A stretch of 64,000 nt of DNA from Camelus dromedarius (taxonomy: Eukaryota): assembly GCF_036321535.1 (NCBI RefSeq), contig NC_087472.1, forward strand, positions 94,118,001-94,182,000, in the 5' to 3' direction. Shown one piece after another: positions 60,880 through 64,000 of this stretch (position 1 is the first letter of the stretch; each line of letters opens with the position of its first letter). Made by a program: the position numbers and the translations under genes. Below the pieces are notes generated by a model. The model had not been told where the DNA came from, did not search any database, and was given only the letters and a program-made list of their open reading frames with translations.

Positions 60880-61900
60880 ACAATAAATGTCTTGCAACAC
60901 ATAAAAGTGACAAAGGGTTAGTATTCAAAATATATGAGGCATTTATAACCTAGAAAGAGAAAAATAATAAAAAGGAAGAGAAACTCCAAACGTATTTTTA
61001 AATCACACATGTAAAAACTCACTAATGATTTAGGAATGGCAAAAAAAAAAAAAAAAAAAAAAAACACCAAAACTAATCAGATTGCCAAATTTTTCAAAAG
61101 TGTGCTAGATACATTTCCATAAGAATCTGGGAAAACAAGCCCTCACATGCTGCCATGGAAGTGGAAAATGGTGCTGTTACTTAAAAGAGCAATTCAACGA
61201 ACTTTACAACGATTAAGGTTATTCTTAAGACTCTTCAGGGGGTGAAGTGTAGATCAGTGGTAGAGTACATGCTCAGCATGCATGAGGTCCTGGGTTCAAT
61301 CCCTACTACCTGATATTTTAAATAAATAAATAAACCTAGTTACTGCCTGCCACAAAAAATAAAAATTAAATTGTTAAAAAAATTAACTATTCATCTCCTA
61401 GGAATATACTTTAGAAAAAACTAGAAAACAACATGGGATACATTTGCATGATTATTTGTTACAACTTGCTTGTAATCATGAAAAATTAGAAATAATATGA
61501 CCTATATATAGAAAAATAGATCAATAAGTTACATATTTTTGATAGAGTACTCCATATAGGTTAAAATGGATAGACAAATATATTCATATATCATGAGTCA
61601 GAGATGTAATGATACACAAATTCTGAATCATGAATGTACTCTTAACACTAAAAATTTAAAACATTAAGTTGAGAGAGAAAATCACATTACAGAAACACAA
61701 ATTTTATCACATCACTTATATAAAGTTTAAAACCACACAGAAAAATCCTTATAATACATTATTTATGAGACCAAAGAGATGTAATGAAATATAAAATTTA
61801 GAAAAGATAAAACACCACCTTTTAAATAGTGGGTACTTCAAGGAAGAAACTCAAGAAATGTTTTTAATGCGGGGTCCAAAATGATTTATTTCTTTGAAAA
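60880..61900 (+). mobile_element. Old L1 3' fragments interrupted by a SINE
   Basis: GACAAAGGGTTAGTATTCAAAATATAT; CCCTCACATGCTGC; CTCCTAGGAATATAC; A-rich strand. Confidence 0.55.
61238..61385 (+). mobile_element. tRNA-Ala-derived SINE, resembling camelid Vic-1
   Basis: GGGGGTGAAGTGTAGATCAGTGGTAGAGTACATGCTCAGCATGCATGAGGTCCTGGGTTCAATCCC (A and B boxes), then AAATAAATAAATAAACCTAGTTAC and an A-rich tail. Confidence 0.8.
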
Positions 61901-63604
61901 CAAGAATTTGTGGTAAATGTGGCACAATGTTAACTCCAGCATTTGGGAAATTAAAACTGTGCCTCCTGGAATTTGGGCTGTAGAGGGACAAGTGATAGAC
62001 TTACATCTGAAAAAAAAAATCCCTATTAAATAGATAGGGAGGCCATGGAGGTCAAACTGCCCACCTATCAAAAGTAAAAATAAATAATAAAAAATTTGAA
62101 AAGCTGCCTAAGATGTAATAAGTGTGGACTTGATGTGAAGAAACCTACCTGGGTTTATCTTGAATCTTTCCTACAATTATTGCTGGATGGGTTGTAGAAT
62201 CTGACCTCAGCTTATATAGAGAAACTGAATAAAGTGTCCTAAGTTCCCAGCAGTAGTAGAGACATTTTCAAAACCAAGAGTGAGGAACTCGGATGGCTCC
62301 AGTTGGGGTATTTCTCAATAATTCTCACAAACACAAAAGAAGCACTCCATAAAGTAATAATTGGCATTCAGAATCTGCCGTAATCAGAGGGAATCATCAA
62401 GGCAATACGTCTGTCACTCAAGTTAATCTTTTCTTGATCCTTTAGGGTGTCCACTTGGAGTGAGAGAGTGAGAAAAAGGAGAAATACAAGATGAGGTAGA
62501 GATGACAAGGACCAAGGACCAGATGATACCCCAAGAGTGATACAGGATTAGATCAGGTAAGAGATCCAGCTGCTAACTGAATAACACTACGGAATTTTGA
62601 TCATTGTAATACAATGGACAGTCTAATTGTAAACATGAGACTGTTCTTATGACTAAATGTGGCCTATTATTTCATTATTGAACAGTGATCATAAAGCTTA
62701 CAGGATCTACTTGAAATTTCATCCTAGGCAGGGGAAGAATTGGCCCTACAGAGCTGGTCTGAAGGTGCAGTGAGAGGAACGAATGTTTTATATTCATGCC
62801 TTAAGAGACACAACTTGTACAATAAACAGATTATATGGTTATTTTATGTAAAACAAATACAGGGCCCAAGGGACGTGTATCTTCCATAGAGCCGTTGTAA
62901 TCTAGACTTTAATCTGCTCCTTGATGATTTGCAAGCATCGTTACAAAAAAACTAGAAGAGGGAGGTAGAATTTGGTGAATACGTATATACTATCAGTTAC
63001 TTAACAGTTCTGCTATAACTAGAACTTGTAGGGTTTTTCAGTTTTTGTGTGTTAATTACTAATGGTACACATTATTCCAATACTGTATATTTGGTTTGAG
63101 ATAAACAGCTGGAAAATGCCACATTGGAAGCATGAAAGAAGACTGGGGGACCATTCATTTAATACAGAAACAAAGAATGTGTTGGCTGAGTTAAATTTTT
63201 GCTTTAATCATTTATATAAACTCTTCTTTCTCCTGTGTTTGAGGCTTAAGTAAGAAGCTATACTGTTTTATCTTGGGGCGTTGTTTCAAAGTTGTGTTTT
63301 AATTTTCATTTGTCACATGTGTTGTTGTTGTTTTCTAATTTGCAAATACTCTGAACGCCTGTAATCTTCTCTACAAATTTACAGTGAAGTATGACTGAGC
63401 AATTCAAGTGACCATTTTAGGTCCTGAATTTGAATTGGTGCAAAGTAATTGATGAGTAAGAAGCTATAATAAACATAGCAATCCTCAGGGTGAACTTCCA
63501 TGTCATAGAACTTTGAAGCCAAAATGATACTTATCTGAGATATTTGGTTCATGTGATCTTTACTGCACAGGCCTGTTATATACAACATAACATGTGATGT
63601 CTAA

Positions 63605-63775
63605 GAGATCTTGACAGAGTTTGGAAACATGAAGTCTGTAAGGTCATAGTCTTAATCACTATTAGCGTGATATGATATATCAGCTGCTCAATAAAGCCAG
63701 AATGCATGTTCTACCTGTAGGATTGGATGATTAGCAACAGAGTGATCTATGTAAAAATATCAGCATGAGTTCTCA
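63605..63775 (+). mobile_element. Degenerate MIR-like SINE
   Basis: CACTATTAGCGTGATATG...CTACCTGTAGGATTGGATGATTA...GATCTATGTAAAA. Confidence 0.35.
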
Positions 63776-64000
63776 AACTAGGGTCCAGTAAGCACTATAT
63801 CTCCCATATTGCTGTGCATACCATCCTGTCTTTCTCCTCCTAGATACTTAACCAGTGCCCCAAGAGACACGTGACAGTTGATCCAAAACTTTAAGTGACT
63901 TTTGAATTCCTTAGAAAAGACTGATCATGTACTGTTGTCAGTAATACTTTTTAGTGTGCATCACACACACACATGTTCTTTTATGTATTTTAAAATTTAG

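Noticed and set aside
61238..61310. Functional tRNA-Ala gene
   Set aside because: Stems are degenerate and it continues into an A-rich SINE tail.

Overview
Mammalian (probably camelid) non-coding genomic DNA; no protein-coding gene is recognisable. Positions 1-40871 are the distal part of a GC/CpG-rich macrosatellite: 22 near-identical head-to-tail units of 1854-1860 bp. Among the differences I could read, units vary only in poly-G length (9-15 G) and seven SNP sites. Each unit is built from ancient MIR and MER5-type remnants plus unique sequence, and carries an NRF1-like motif and seven perfect + strand 5' splice-site hexamers. The array ends in an internally deleted unit that fades into AT-rich sequence. 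The flank holds an old AT-richer monomer (~44.25-46.05 kb) and a ~4.9 kb-period duplication. That duplication conserves a splice donor, a branch point/acceptor and a ~112 nt double-hairpin intronic element. The best overall hypothesis is an amplified promoter/first-exon array of a + strand spliced lncRNA or small-RNA host. Further right are ordinary interspersed repeats, a 5'-inverted L1, an ERVL pol fragment and a CpG-rich promoter-like cassette bracketed by a 77-bp direct repeat. Repeat family names come from recalled consensus sequences, not from a database search.
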